DNA of 64,000 bases from Candidatus Eremiobacteria bacterium (GTDB lineage: Bacteria > Vulcanimicrobiota > Vulcanimicrobiia > Vulcanimicrobiales > Vulcanimicrobiaceae), in the NCBI GenBank assembly GCA_963737065.1, contig CAVTRC010000001.1, positions 1,952,001-2,016,000 on the forward strand, written 5' to 3'. The position numbers and the translations under genes were made by a program. Each line of letters begins with the position of its first letter. Position 1 is the first letter of the stretch. Below are positions 50,748 to 61,071 of this stretch, one piece after another. The notes beneath the pieces were generated by a model. It searched no databases, had not been told where the DNA came from, and saw only the letters and a program-made list of their open reading frames with translations.

Positions 50748-51568
50748 CGCGGGTCGGGCGTTCGAATGACGCTCGGCAAGTTCGGAAACGGTGCGGGGTT
50801 GTACGGGGTCGGAACGACGTCCGGCTGAATCTGCGTGCCCGGCCCCGACGTCTGATCGGCCCATCGGTACACGACATCGTTCACCGCGCGTACGTCGGCA
50901 TCCGTGACGACGATCGAATGCGCCGGCGCGTCTAATCCGCTTTCTTGCCGTTCTTCGGTCTGCGCCGATCCGCGCGTGTAGATGTAATGAAGCACGGTTC
51001 CCGATGCAAATCGGCGCACGATGCGAAAGTGAAGCGCATCGATGCGATCCATCCGAATTGCCTGGGGATTCCACGACGTCGTGTCCGTCGCAATGTAGAC
51101 TTGCGCATTGAGCGGCGTCGCCGGCGGCACTTGAACGGTGATTTGAAGCAACACCATCCTGCCGCTGAAGGTTTGCGGAACGCCGTTACTCGTTGTACCA
51201 ACGGTTTTCTGCGGCGCGAGATCCGGATTCGGCGACCACGGAGAGGCTGCGACAACGTAGGATTGCACTTGCGCCGAAAGCGGCTCGAGCGGCAGCGGCG
51301 TCTTCGAAAGGTCGAGCTCCGTCACGAGCCCGCTGTCATCGAACACCGCGCGCGCATAGACGCGCGGCTTCGGCTGTAGTTGCGTCGGAGCTTTCGTTGC
51401 ATCGTCGAGAATGCGAACGTTCGGCGCAACCTTGAAGCCGTTGCCGCTCGTGAAAAAGACGAAGCCTTGTTGGTACGCGAGCAGTTGACCGGTGATCGAG
51501 ACGGCGGGCGCGGCGCCGGCGATGACGACCGCGGTGACCAGAGCGAGGACTCGGCGAAATGCGATCAT
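50744..51568 (-). CDS. Secreted protein with a CBM20-like C-terminal domain
   Basis: Signal peptide; ITVQVP..TP....VYIA....WNP....M...YTRGS...E.....WAD. Confidence 0.6.
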   Translation of the reverse strand: MIAFRRVLALVTAVVIAGAAPAVSITGQLLAYQQGFVFFTSGNGFKVAPNVRILDDATKAPTQLQPKPRVYARAVFDDSGLVTELDLSKTPLPLEPLSAQVQSYVVAASPWSPNPDLAPQKTVGTTSNGVPQTFSGRMVLLQITVQVPPATPLNAQVYIATDTTSWNPQAIRMDRIDALHFRIVRRFASGTVLHYIYTRGSAQTEERQESGLDAPAHSIVVTDADVRAVNDVVYRWADQTSGPGTQIQPDVVPTPYNPAPFPNLPSVIRTPDPR

Positions 51569-53340
51569 TGTCCGATGACCTGCACCGTCGTCTGCGGCGC
51601 CCAGCGGAGATTGCCGTAGTTGAAATAGTACGACCGTGATATATCGAAGACGACGTGCGGCATAGCGAGAAAACGGATCTCGGGCGTGATGTTGTTCGGC
51701 GGTTGTCCGAGGAAATTCTGATACTGCGGCAATCCGAGATTGTTCAGCGGCGGAAGCGGATAGAGGCCGGGATACGGAATCGGAAAGTCTTGATGGTGCT
51801 GGTACGTCAGCGTCGCGATCAGATTCGCATTTGCGGAGTAATTAGCGCCGGCGGCGAACGTGCGAAGTGTTGAAACGCCGCGGAACGCAAGGATACTGTA
51901 CACCGGGACACCGTCAATGACGGGCGGTGTGTCGGGAGCGGAATAGCCGCTGTGCCGATAGTAGTCTCCAGTGTTCGCGACGCTGTACGATACGTACGCG
52001 TTGACGTCACGACTGAACTGACGGCTTATGCTTCCCACCGTGTTGTCGACGACCGTGTAGTGAGGAACCGAGAACCATTGGTACTGCTTCGTATAGGTCG
52101 CGTTGAAAGAATACGTGCGATAGGTGTTGTCCCGATCCCCGATTTTTACGCCCGGAAGATAAAAGGTCCAGCCGACGTTGTGATTCCAAATCGTCGTGTA
52201 GTTGTAACCGCCGTACCGCTGCAAACCGAACGCGTCGTGATTGAATCCGATGCCGTAAGAGACGTTTTCGTAAAACGGTGTTTTGCCGATGCGATGATTG
52301 AACGACGTCGCGGTCAGTTGGAGCTGCGTCGGATGATTCACCTCCGCGGACTGTCCGGGGCCGATGAGATTGTAGTTGACGAGGCTCGCCGTTGCTTGAA
52401 TGAACGACTGAGACAATGCTTGCGTGGCGGTGATCGAACTCCACGTCGATGCCGCGGATGGCCGTTGCAACCAGTGAGGCTGGTCGAGATACAGTTGCGA
52501 AAACGTATTGATTTGAAATCGTTGCCCGATCCGCTGATCTAAAACGACGTTCCAAAAACGTTGCTGCTTCGTTCCGGGGTTGACGGAGACGACAGCGTAG
52601 CCGTGAGGTCCGGCGAAATGTTGCTCGAACGATGCATAGAGGCCGTTTGCCTGATCCGAACGGAAGTGAAGCGCGCTGATGGAGTTATTGTTTCCCGCGA
52701 ACTGATACGTCAGGTCCAAGTTTGCACCGGAGAGAGAGTTCACCGCGAGATCCGGATCCGCGCCGAAATAGACATAGTACGACGGCAACGGGGCGCCCAC
52801 GCCGAAGATGTACGACTTCACGGCTTCAAAGCGGACGTATGATTTCTCGCCGATTGTCGCGGATTTCGCGACGAGGCTCACTTTGCTCGAACGCAAGTCG
52901 GGAAAGTAAAAGGCGTCGCCAGGCATTTCCCGGCCCTTCAATGGATGAGTGAAGTTGCCGTTTTCGTAGGTCCACCGGTCCGGTTTCTCAATCACCGGCA
53001 GAAAGTAGATACGTTTGAAGTCGAGGAAGTCCGCAATTGCCGCGCCATCGAGGTTGCCCTCCCGGCTTTTCAAATGTACGTTGCTCGCAATTACGAACCG
53101 GTTCAATTTCAGATCCATCGAAAACGTATCGCCGGTAACGGTAGCGCCGTCGCTCGTCGTGACCTGAACGTTTCCGTCCGCTTCGACCAAGTAGCGATCG
53201 TAGTAAAACGCGATGCGGTCGGCGTGCAGGCGAACGACCGTTACAGGCTCCATGCGGCTAACGAGTGCGAAACTACGATCCGTTGTAGCCGCCCAAAACA
53301 TGAGAACGAAGAGCGCGATCAGCGGCGATTTTTGTCGCAA
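51565..53340 (-). CDS. LptD/OstA-like outer membrane protein (start uncertain)
   Basis: N-terminal LHADRI......VEADGNV beta-jellyroll pattern followed by aromatic-rich amphipathic beta strands. Confidence 0.55.
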   Translation of the reverse strand: MRQKSPLIALFVLMFWAATTDRSFALVSRMEPVTVVRLHADRIAFYYDRYLVEADGNVQVTTSDGATVTGDTFSMDLKLNRFVIASNVHLKSREGNLDGAAIADFLDFKRIYFLPVIEKPDRWTYENGNFTHPLKGREMPGDAFYFPDLRSSKVSLVAKSATIGEKSYVRFEAVKSYIFGVGAPLPSYYVYFGADPDLAVNSLSGANLDLTYQFAGNNNSISALHFRSDQANGLYASFEQHFAGPHGYAVVSVNPGTKQQRFWNVVLDQRIGQRFQINTFSQLYLDQPHWLQRPSAASTWSSITATQALSQSFIQATASLVNYNLIGPGQSAEVNHPTQLQLTATSFNHRIGKTPFYENVSYGIGFNHDAFGLQRYGGYNYTTIWNHNVGWTFYLPGVKIGDRDNTYRTYSFNATYTKQYQWFSVPHYTVVDNTVGSISRQFSRDVNAYVSYSVANTGDYYRHSGYSAPDTPPVIDGVPVYSILAFRGVSTLRTFAAGANYSANANLIATLTYQHHQDFPIPYPGLYPLPPLNNLGLPQYQNFLGQPPNNITPEIRFLAMPHVVFDISRSYYFNYGNLRWAPQTTVQVIGQ

Positions 53341-53492
53341 ATAAAGCTTTCCGGGCGATGCGAGAAATCGAGCGTGGTTTTCGTAACGCGCGGCGAGTCT
53401 CATGCTCAGCATCGCGTTGCAGTGCTCAGCGCGACGTATCGCAAGGGATGAGTGGCTTTTGCAAAGGCAGAAAAGCAGTCGCGAACATACGT

Positions 53493-54608
53493 ATGCGTGT
53501 TATTACGATCGTTTTAGATTCGGGCGGCGTCGGCGCGTTGCCCGATTATGTTGACTATGCCGACGCGCCGGGCGCGAACACGCTCGGCAATGTCGCGCGT
53601 GCCGTCGGCGGCCTTTCGCTCCCGAATCTGCGGCGACTGGGGCTCGGCCATGTCACTCGCATTGAAGGCGTGTCTTCGGCCGACCCTCCCGCCGCTCGGG
53701 TTGGTAAACTTCGCGAGCGCAGCCGCGGGAAGGACACGATCACCGGGCATTGGGAGATGGCCGGGATTATCACGGCCGAGCCGTTTCCGACCTATCCCAA
53801 TGGCTTTCCGCCGGACGTTATCGAAGCGTTCGCTCGCATCACAGGGAAAGCGCCGCTTGGAAACATGCCGGCGTCCGGAACGCAGATCATCGACGAGCTC
53901 GGGGGCGAGCATGTCGCGAGCGGCCGGCCGATACTCTACACGTCCGCCGACTCGGTGTTTCAGGTAGCCGCGCATGAAGAGGTCGTTCCTCTAACGGTTC
54001 TGTACGATTGGTGCGAGCAGGCACGTGGAATGCTCGTCGCGCCGAATAACGTTAACCGGGTCATCGCACGGCCATTTGTCGGAAAGCCCGGTTCGTTTTC
54101 ACGTACGCCGAACCGGCGTGACTACGCGACCGAACCGCCGCCCAACCTGCTCGACCGTCTGGCAGCCGCCGGCGTCGGCGTGCACGCGGTCGGAAAAATC
54201 TGCGACGTGTATTGCGGACGTGGAATCGCGTCGTCCGTCCGGGTGGTCGACAATCGTGACGCGATGGAAAAGACCTTCGAGCTGTTAGATCGAGTTGACC
54301 GCGGATTCATCTTTACGAACCTCAATGACTTTGATTCGAAATACGGTCATCGGCGCGACGTTCGCGGATATGCGGACGCGTTGCAAGCGCTGGATGGTCT
54401 CATCCCGCGGTTGGAAGCGTTGCTGCGCACGGGCGATCAGGTGATTTTCACCGCCGATCACGGCTGCGATCCCACCGCGCCCGGTACCGATCATACGCGC
54501 GAGTATGTCCCGTTCATTCACATTGGCCGGCAAGGGGGCCAGGTTCTCGGTGAGATGGAAGGTTTAGATACAGTAGGTCGTACCGTGGTGGACGCGTTTA
54601 ACGGGTGA
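53493..54608 (+). CDS. deoB: Phosphopentomutase
   Basis: IVLDS.GVG.LPD, GKDT.TGHWE, YTSADSVFQ.AAHE, RVIARPF.G, YGHRRD, TADHG.DPT..GTDHTRE. Confidence 0.95.
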   Translation: MRVITIVLDSGGVGALPDYVDYADAPGANTLGNVARAVGGLSLPNLRRLGLGHVTRIEGVSSADPPAARVGKLRERSRGKDTITGHWEMAGIITAEPFPTYPNGFPPDVIEAFARITGKAPLGNMPASGTQIIDELGGEHVASGRPILYTSADSVFQVAAHEEVVPLTVLYDWCEQARGMLVAPNNVNRVIARPFVGKPGSFSRTPNRRDYATEPPPNLLDRLAAAGVGVHAVGKICDVYCGRGIASSVRVVDNRDAMEKTFELLDRVDRGFIFTNLNDFDSKYGHRRDVRGYADALQALDGLIPRLEALLRTGDQVIFTADHGCDPTAPGTDHTREYVPFIHIGRQGGQVLGEMEGLDTVGRTVVDAFNG

Positions 54609-55252
54609 GCATGCAAGCAACGATCCGTATCTCCGAGCGCTCCGTTCCCGCATCATGGTGGAGCATCAAGCGTGCGATGGATGTCGTCCTCGGCATCGCG
54701 TTCTTCATTATAGCGATGCCGGTGATTGCGCTCGCGGCACTCGGAATTCTCTTCGTCACCGGCGGGTCACCGTTTTTCGCGCAAGAGCGGGTCGGTCAAT
54801 ACGGGCGTCGCTTCAAGATGTACAAGCTTCGCACGATGGTTCGCAATGCGCACGAACTCCGCGATCGATACATGCATCTCAATGAAGTCAACGGGCCGGT
54901 TTTCAAAATCCGCAACGACCCGCGATTGCACCCTCTCGGCGGGTTTCTGCGCCGCACGAGCATCGACGAGCTTCCGAACTTGCTAAACGTTATTTTCGGC
55001 GATATATCGCTCGTCGGACCGCGTCCCGCGCTTCCGTGCGAAATCGATCATTACGACTCCTATTCGCGACGGCGCTTGCTGGTGCCGCAAGGCGTTACGT
55101 GCTTTTGGCAGATCAATGGGCGAAGCGACGTTTCGTTCGAGCACTGGATGGAACTCGACAATCGATACGTCGACACGTGGACGCCGCTTACCGATCTCGT
55201 GATCCTCGCGAAGACGATTCCGGCAGTGGTTCGAAAGGACGGAGCTCATTAA
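54605..55252 (+). CDS. Priming sugar transferase (phosphoglycosyl transferase, Bac_transf)
   Basis: KR.MD, KLRTM, DPR...GGFLRRTSIDELP.L.NV..GD.SLVGPRP, WQINGR. Confidence 0.92.
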   Translation: MSMQATIRISERSVPASWWSIKRAMDVVLGIAFFIIAMPVIALAALGILFVTGGSPFFAQERVGQYGRRFKMYKLRTMVRNAHELRDRYMHLNEVNGPVFKIRNDPRLHPLGGFLRRTSIDELPNLLNVIFGDISLVGPRPALPCEIDHYDSYSRRRLLVPQGVTCFWQINGRSDVSFEHWMELDNRYVDTWTPLTDLVILAKTIPAVVRKDGAH

Positions 55253-56873
55253 GCCGCAACTTCGCGTCATTTCGGCGGCGAGGTCGAGCCACAAGCATCA
55301 TGCTTTAGCGGGCTCGACGCTTTTCGTAATGGGCGCCACGCTCGCCTCAACGATCCTTGGTTTCTTGCGAGAAGTCGTCAACGCACGTTTCTACGGCACG
55401 CGCTGGGAAATGGATACATTTCTGGCGGCGGCGACGATCCCGACAATTTTGTTCGGTGTGTTCAATGGCGCGCTCGTCAGTGCGCTCGTGCCGGTATTCT
55501 CGGAATACATCACGCACGGGCGAGACGATGACGCCTGGCGGCTCTGTAATACGATCATCAACCTGCTTGCGATTATCCTCACCGCGTGCGCCATAGCGGG
55601 CTGGATATTCGCGCCGTACTACGTGCCGTTCATCGCACACGGTTTTCCGAGCCCGCAGATGGGCGTCGCGGTTCACATGACGCGTGAACTGATGCCGAGC
55701 ATCGTGGCGGTGAGTCTCAGCGGCGTGCTTGCCGCGATGCTGAACGCCTACCACCGATTCCGTGCGGCATCGATGATCGGTGTCGCGATCAACGTTGTAA
55801 CGATTGCCGGCGTAATGTTGCTCAATCACCAGTACGGCATCTTCGCGCTCGTGTACGGAACCTTGTGGGGGCTTTTCGCGCAGCTCATCGTTCAGCTTCC
55901 GTCGTTCGTGCGGATGGGCCGCTATCGTCCGACGATCGATCTGCGCCATCCCGGCTTAGCCAAAATTTGGACGCTGCTCGGGCCGATCATCATCGGCAGC
56001 GCCGCGGGGCAGCTCGCGATGTTCTTCGACCGTTTCTTCGCATCAACGTTGCCGCCGGGATATATGGCGGGCATCAACTACGCGACGAAGCTCGTCGGCT
56101 TTCCGCAGCAAATTTTCGCGGCCGCGATCGCAACCGTTATCTTCCCTTTGCTTGCGGCCGAGTTTGCTCGCGACAATCGTCGCGGTGTGGCCCGATCGGC
56201 CGTCACCGGCTTGCGCCTGGTGAATTTCATCACGATCCCGTCGGTCTGCGCGTTGATGGTACTCGCGCGTCCGATGATTCAGACGCTCTTCGAACGCGGT
56301 ACGTTCGGACCCGAAGCGACGGACCTTACCGCGAAGCTCCTCCCGTACGCGGCGGTCGGTCTCGTTGCGCTTGCTGCGAACGTCGTACTGACCCGCTGCT
56401 GCTTTGCTTGCAAAGAGACCGGCATTCCGGTAGCGATCTCGATCATCACCGTGGTGCTGAACGTGCTGCTTTCGATGCTTTGGTTGCCGTCGCTCGGCGG
56501 CCGAGGCCTGTTGCTCGCGAACAGCATCAGCCAAATGTTCCAAGCCGTTCTGTTGCTCGCGCTCGTCGCCCGGCTCGTGCGTGGAATCGATTGGGGCGCA
56601 TTGGCCTCATCCGTATTCAAGATCGCCGTTGCCTCGTTCGCCATGTACGCGGCGCTGCAGTGGATTCGCGCGCTGGGCGTGCACGTCGAAGACAACTTTG
56701 CGTCGCGATTCTGGTATCTCTTCGGTCAAATTACGATCGGTGGGGCTGTCTTCGTTGCCGTCGCACGCGTGCTCGACGTGGAAGAACTCGACCTCGCTTG
56801 GAAAACGATCGTCGCCAAGTTCGAAAAGCATATTATCCCGCCGCCGGAGAATCGCGATGCACCGATCGCGTAA
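55248..56873 (+). CDS. murJ: MurJ/MviN lipid-linked precursor flippase (start ATT 55248 proposed; first ATG 55329)
   Basis: ILGFLRE....FYG, A..IP, GAL..ALVP.F, LFERG.F; about 14 TM helices. Confidence 0.88.
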   Translation: MKPQLRVISAARSSHKHHALAGSTLFVMGATLASTILGFLREVVNARFYGTRWEMDTFLAAATIPTILFGVFNGALVSALVPVFSEYITHGRDDDAWRLCNTIINLLAIILTACAIAGWIFAPYYVPFIAHGFPSPQMGVAVHMTRELMPSIVAVSLSGVLAAMLNAYHRFRAASMIGVAINVVTIAGVMLLNHQYGIFALVYGTLWGLFAQLIVQLPSFVRMGRYRPTIDLRHPGLAKIWTLLGPIIIGSAAGQLAMFFDRFFASTLPPGYMAGINYATKLVGFPQQIFAAAIATVIFPLLAAEFARDNRRGVARSAVTGLRLVNFITIPSVCALMVLARPMIQTLFERGTFGPEATDLTAKLLPYAAVGLVALAANVVLTRCCFACKETGIPVAISIITVVLNVLLSMLWLPSLGGRGLLLANSISQMFQAVLLLALVARLVRGIDWGALASSVFKIAVASFAMYAALQWIRALGVHVEDNFASRFWYLFGQITIGGAVFVAVARVLDVEELDLAWKTIVAKFEKHIIPPPENRDAPIA

Positions 56874-56880
56874 CGACCTG

Positions 56881-57723
56881 ATGCAGAATGAGACGACTCT
56901 TCCGTCGATGGTGCCCGGCAAAGTGAGCATTCTAATGCCGGCGTACAACGAATCGGAGACTATTGCGAGGAATCTTCGCGAAGTCGTAGCCACGTTCTAC
57001 GCGGTCCATACAGATTTCGAAGTGATCCTCATCGACGACGGTAGTCCCGATCGGACGTACCTTCATGCGGTTCGCGTCCTGAGCGAGCATCCGGAATTCG
57101 TGCGCGTGGTGCGGTACGACCAAAACCTCGGAAAAGGCAATGCGTTGATCACCGGCGCCGCGTGTGCGCGAGGCGAGTACATCGTCTTTCTGGATGCCGA
57201 CATGGATCTCCATCCCTCGCAGCTTCCGGAGTTCTTCCGGGTCATGGAGCGCACGGGCGCGGACGCCGTGATCGGTTCAAAGCACCACCCGAAGTCGGAC
57301 GTGCACTATCCGGCGCTGCGCCGTGTCTACAGTCTCGTGTATTTCATGTTCATACGTGTGCTCTTCGGTTTACCGCTACGCGACACGCAGACCGGGCTGA
57401 AGCTTTTCAAGAAATCGGTGCTCGCAGACGTCTTTCCGCGCGTGCTTGCAAAGCGGTTCGCGTTCGACATCGAACTTCTCGCGGTAGCAAACAACTTAGG
57501 CTACAAAGTCGTCGATGCGCCGGTTCACCTCGATTTCCGCCGGACGTTGAATCGAATTAGAGCAAACGATGTATGGCGGCTTTTCTTGGATACGCTTGCG
57601 ATTTTTTACCGGCTTCGTATTCTACGTTACTATGACGAAACACACGACTTCTCGTTGCGCGACGTTATGACGGCGCATCGTGAGATGTGTCCGGACGACC
57701 TCGTCTTAGCTCAGAAGGATTAA
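56881..57723 (+). CDS. Glycosyltransferase family 2 (Dol-P-Glc/Man synthase-like)
   Basis: MPAYNE, DDGSPD, NLGKG, FLDAD, DTQTGLK, FAFDIELL. Confidence 0.9.
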   Translation: MQNETTLPSMVPGKVSILMPAYNESETIARNLREVVATFYAVHTDFEVILIDDGSPDRTYLHAVRVLSEHPEFVRVVRYDQNLGKGNALITGAACARGEYIVFLDADMDLHPSQLPEFFRVMERTGADAVIGSKHHPKSDVHYPALRRVYSLVYFMFIRVLFGLPLRDTQTGLKLFKKSVLADVFPRVLAKRFAFDIELLAVANNLGYKVVDAPVHLDFRRTLNRIRANDVWRLFLDTLAIFYRLRILRYYDETHDFSLRDVMTAHREMCPDDLVLAQKD

Positions 57724-57732
57724 CACCGCCAA

Positions 57733-58812
57733 GTGCCCCGAGCGCAACGACCGAAGGCTGCATTAGTTTGCCTTTTGCCGGGACTCGGCGACGCGCTGAT
57801 CGCGAGTCCCGTCGGGCGTGCGCTGCGCGACTCGGGATACGCCGTGGATGCATTGACGATGCTTCGACCGGTCGCCGAATACGCGCGGGATGTCGGATTG
57901 TTTCGTTCGGTGATCGATTTGCCGCTTCTGGAAAGTGCCGGAGGCGTTCGTTCTCTGCTTGCACTTCGAAGAACGCGGTATGACGTCGTCATCGTTCCGG
58001 CACCTGCCGCGCGGTGGCAGTATGCGGCCGTTGCGTTCGTCATCGGTGGGCGACGGACGTTCGTTCATCGGTATGGTGGCGCATGCAGTTTCATCGCGCG
58101 ACTGGGTCACATGACGGAGGTTGCGCTCTGCGGCGGCCACCGCATCGCAGAAAACCTTCGACTGTTGGATGCGCTCGAGATTCAACGCGGTAGCTCGACG
58201 TATGAGGTTCCCGCATCCTGGCGCGCCGCGCGGCGGCGCTCGAACCTCGTGGGCTTCCACGCGGGAAGCATGCGCTACAAAGGGAACGAGACGAAGCGTT
58301 GGCCCTTGGATCGGTTCGCCGCCGTGGCAAAGGAACAATATGAGCGCGGACGCCAAGTTCGTGCTTTTTTCGGCCCGAGCGAATTGGAAGACGCGCGATC
58401 GCTCAAAGAGATGGTTCCGCACATTGAGATTGTCGAGCGGCCGCTGCACGACGCCGCGCGTTTGCTGGACGAGTGTTCGGTGTTCGTCGGAAACGATAGT
58501 GGTCTCACGCATTTGGCCGCCGGGTTAGGCGTGCCGGTCATTACGATCTTCGGCATGACGGATCCGACGCGGGTTGCACCGATCGGACCATCGGTCGTCG
58601 TACGCCCCTCGGACTGCCCGCCCTGTTTTGACGAAGGTCTGCGGACCTTTTCGTGTGTGCGAAACATTGGTTATCGATGCATTCGCGACGATATCGCCGT
58701 TGAAGACGTGAATTCAGCGATCGATACGGCAATGGAGACCGCCCCCGGTCATCGCAAGATCGTTGAACGAGGATCGTTTCGCCTTTACGGCCGGCTTCGA
58801 CCGGCAACGTGA
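57733..58812 (+). CDS. Glycosyltransferase family 9 (heptosyltransferase-like)
   Basis: GLGD, KRWP, FVGNDSGLTHLAA.LGVP...IFG.TDP, C.PC...C...C. Confidence 0.88.
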   Translation: MPRAQRPKAALVCLLPGLGDALIASPVGRALRDSGYAVDALTMLRPVAEYARDVGLFRSVIDLPLLESAGGVRSLLALRRTRYDVVIVPAPAARWQYAAVAFVIGGRRTFVHRYGGACSFIARLGHMTEVALCGGHRIAENLRLLDALEIQRGSSTYEVPASWRAARRRSNLVGFHAGSMRYKGNETKRWPLDRFAAVAKEQYERGRQVRAFFGPSELEDARSLKEMVPHIEIVERPLHDAARLLDECSVFVGNDSGLTHLAAGLGVPVITIFGMTDPTRVAPIGPSVVVRPSDCPPCFDEGLRTFSCVRNIGYRCIRDDIAVEDVNSAIDTAMETAPGHRKIVERGSFRLYGRLRPAT

Positions 58813-59951
58813 TGCCGCCGAAAAAACGTATCGGAATTCTGGTAAATTCCTACCGGAGCAATGTCGGCTTGGCTGCCGGCGGCCACGTGCATTTCATTGA
58901 AGTTGCTAAACGTTGGAGCGACGTTGACGTCACGATTTTTGCGCCAAAGGACGCAGAAACGGACATTCGCGCGGTCTTACCGTCGGCGCGCTTTGTCGCG
59001 ATCCCGGAGATCAAAACGCCGCACTGGCGTCTCGATCAGCTCGTCCGAATGTTCGGCGGCCTGAAGTTGCGATCTCACCTGCGTTCAATGGATGCGATTC
59101 TTTGCACGTCACATTTCCTCGCCGACGTCGTCGCCGCAGTGGCGGCTCGCCCGTCGCGCACGGCCGTTACGCTGCATCACATGATCGAGCCACCGTGGAA
59201 GCGGCATGGTTCTGTCTTTGCGAACGCGGTCGCTTGGGCGAGCCAGGCAGCATCGCTCCTCCTCGCAAAAGCGTTCATTCGCCGCTACATTTTCGACTGC
59301 CGCTACGTCGTCGAAACCTCTCGCTGGGCCACCGGCCGCGCTCAATGCTACGTCAGCACGAATGGCGTGAGCGGGTCGAACGAGCCTGCGACCGAGTTTG
59401 CCGGCCGACGTGACGCAATTTATTTTGGCCGTCTCGATCCGATGAAACGCGTCGAAGACGCAATACAAGCGTGGGCGTCACTGCCGAGCGCGTATGCCGC
59501 GCAGCACCTGCACATTGCCGGGCAAGGCACTGCGGCGTATCAACAGAAGCTCGAAGACTTGGTGGATGACCTGGGCGTGAAAGAACGCGTCATTTTTCAC
59601 GGCAGAGTAGACAATGCGAAGAAATGGCAGTTGCTTCGCTCATGCGCGCTGTATCTGTTTCCAAGTTCTGAGGAGGGTTGGGGCATCTCGGTCGCGGAGG
59701 CGATGTGGGCGGGCTTGCCGTGCGTTACGTACGATTTGCCGGTTTTTCGCCAGCTATTCTATCGCGGACGGCGTTTCGTACCAGTCGGCGACGTTCGCGG
59801 CTTGTCATTGCACTGCGCCGAGTTGTTGGGCGATGAAGGTCTGCGCGTGCGCCTGGCTCGCGACGCGGCCGAACTTGCTCGAACGTTCTCGTGGGACCGT
59901 GCCGCCGACATTGAGCTCGGAGCTTTGAATTTCGAAGATTCCCGTGCCTAA
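58809..59951 (+). CDS. Glycosyltransferase family 4
   Basis: GRL...K, FPS.EEGWGI...EAM..GLP. Confidence 0.88.
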   Translation: MMPPKKRIGILVNSYRSNVGLAAGGHVHFIEVAKRWSDVDVTIFAPKDAETDIRAVLPSARFVAIPEIKTPHWRLDQLVRMFGGLKLRSHLRSMDAILCTSHFLADVVAAVAARPSRTAVTLHHMIEPPWKRHGSVFANAVAWASQAASLLLAKAFIRRYIFDCRYVVETSRWATGRAQCYVSTNGVSGSNEPATEFAGRRDAIYFGRLDPMKRVEDAIQAWASLPSAYAAQHLHIAGQGTAAYQQKLEDLVDDLGVKERVIFHGRVDNAKKWQLLRSCALYLFPSSEEGWGISVAEAMWAGLPCVTYDLPVFRQLFYRGRRFVPVGDVRGLSLHCAELLGDEGLRVRLARDAAELARTFSWDRAADIELGALNFEDSRA

Positions 59952-61071
59952 CGCGCCTCTGCGTATCGGTATCATCGCAAATAGCGTCGATTCCTTCGCT
60001 CTCGATCGTGCGGGCGGCTTCGTTCACCTCGTAGAGACGGCAAAGCGATGGAACGGTGTGCGGCTCGTCGTGATGGCGCCGACGAGCGCCGAATACCTCT
60101 TTCGCCGGTATCTGCACGTCGATCGATTCATTGCTATCCCGGATTTTGGGAACGGCGCAAGCGCGGTTTCGCAGTTGCTGCGTGCTGCAGCAAGCGTTGC
60201 GGCGGTGAAAAAGCTGCGCACCACCTGCGACGTCGTAATGGCGATGTCGCACTCAATCCCCGACGCGTTACCCGCTGTTCTTTTCGGAAGATCGCGCGCT
60301 GCCGCTCAGTTTTGGCATTTCATCGGGAACCCGCTTTCGAGACCAGGCAGCGTGCTTCGCAATCTCCTGGCGTTTGCAAACGAAGTCGTCGGCCGGAGCC
60401 TCGCGCAATTATGTCGCTGCTATATCGTAGGCAGCCCCTATCTCTTACGTGAGATGCGCGTAAACAACCGGCCCTACACGTATGTAACGACGAACGGCGT
60501 CGACGAGCAACTGCCAGGGGTCCAGCAGATCGGTGAAGGCGCAATGTTTGTCGGGCGCCTTCACCCGGCGAAAGGCGTTGACGAACTCCTCGATGCATGG
60601 CGGATTGTCCACACGGCGCTTCCGCGCGAGCGCCTCACGATCGTCGGACGCGGCCTTCCCCAATTTCGCGCGCAGCTCGAACGTACGATTGATGAATATG
60701 CACTTCGCGATGTCGTGACCATTCGCGACGACGTGTCGAACGATGAAAAACTGAGGCTGCTTTCGAGCGCGCGGGTGTTCGTGTTCCCGAGTAAAGAAGA
60801 GGGCTGGGGAATCGCGTTAGCGGAGGCTATGGCGTCCGGGCTTCCCTGCGTTACGTACGAACTTCCGCCGTTTGCAGAAATCTTTCCCGGAGGACGCGTG
60901 TCGACCCATATCGGCGACGTGAACGGATTCGCGGCGAACGTGATTAACGTCTTACAAGACGCGTCTTTGCGCGAAAAGTTAAGCAAAGAGGCGCTCTTGC
61001 AAGCGCGCCGCTTCACTTGGCAGCGTGCGGCAGAAATCGAGCTGCGCGCGTTGCGCGAGATTGCGCCGTAA
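59944..61071 (+). CDS. Glycosyltransferase family 4
   Basis: GRL.P.KG, FPS.EEGWGI...EAMASGLP. Confidence 0.88.
   Translation: MPNAPLRIGIIANSVDSFALDRAGGFVHLVETAKRWNGVRLVVMAPTSAEYLFRRYLHVDRFIAIPDFGNGASAVSQLLRAAASVAAVKKLRTTCDVVMAMSHSIPDALPAVLFGRSRAAAQFWHFIGNPLSRPGSVLRNLLAFANEVVGRSLAQLCRCYIVGSPYLLREMRVNNRPYTYVTTNGVDEQLPGVQQIGEGAMFVGRLHPAKGVDELLDAWRIVHTALPRERLTIVGRGLPQFRAQLERTIDEYALRDVVTIRDDVSNDEKLRLLSSARVFVFPSKEEGWGIALAEAMASGLPCVTYELPPFAEIFPGGRVSTHIGDVNGFAANVINVLQDASLREKLSKEALLQARRFTWQRAAEIELRALREIAP

Noticed and set aside
29890..54608. punA, pdp and deoB as one nucleoside-salvage operon
   Set aside because: They are separated by 4-17 kb and lie in different transcription units; ordinary housekeeping genes
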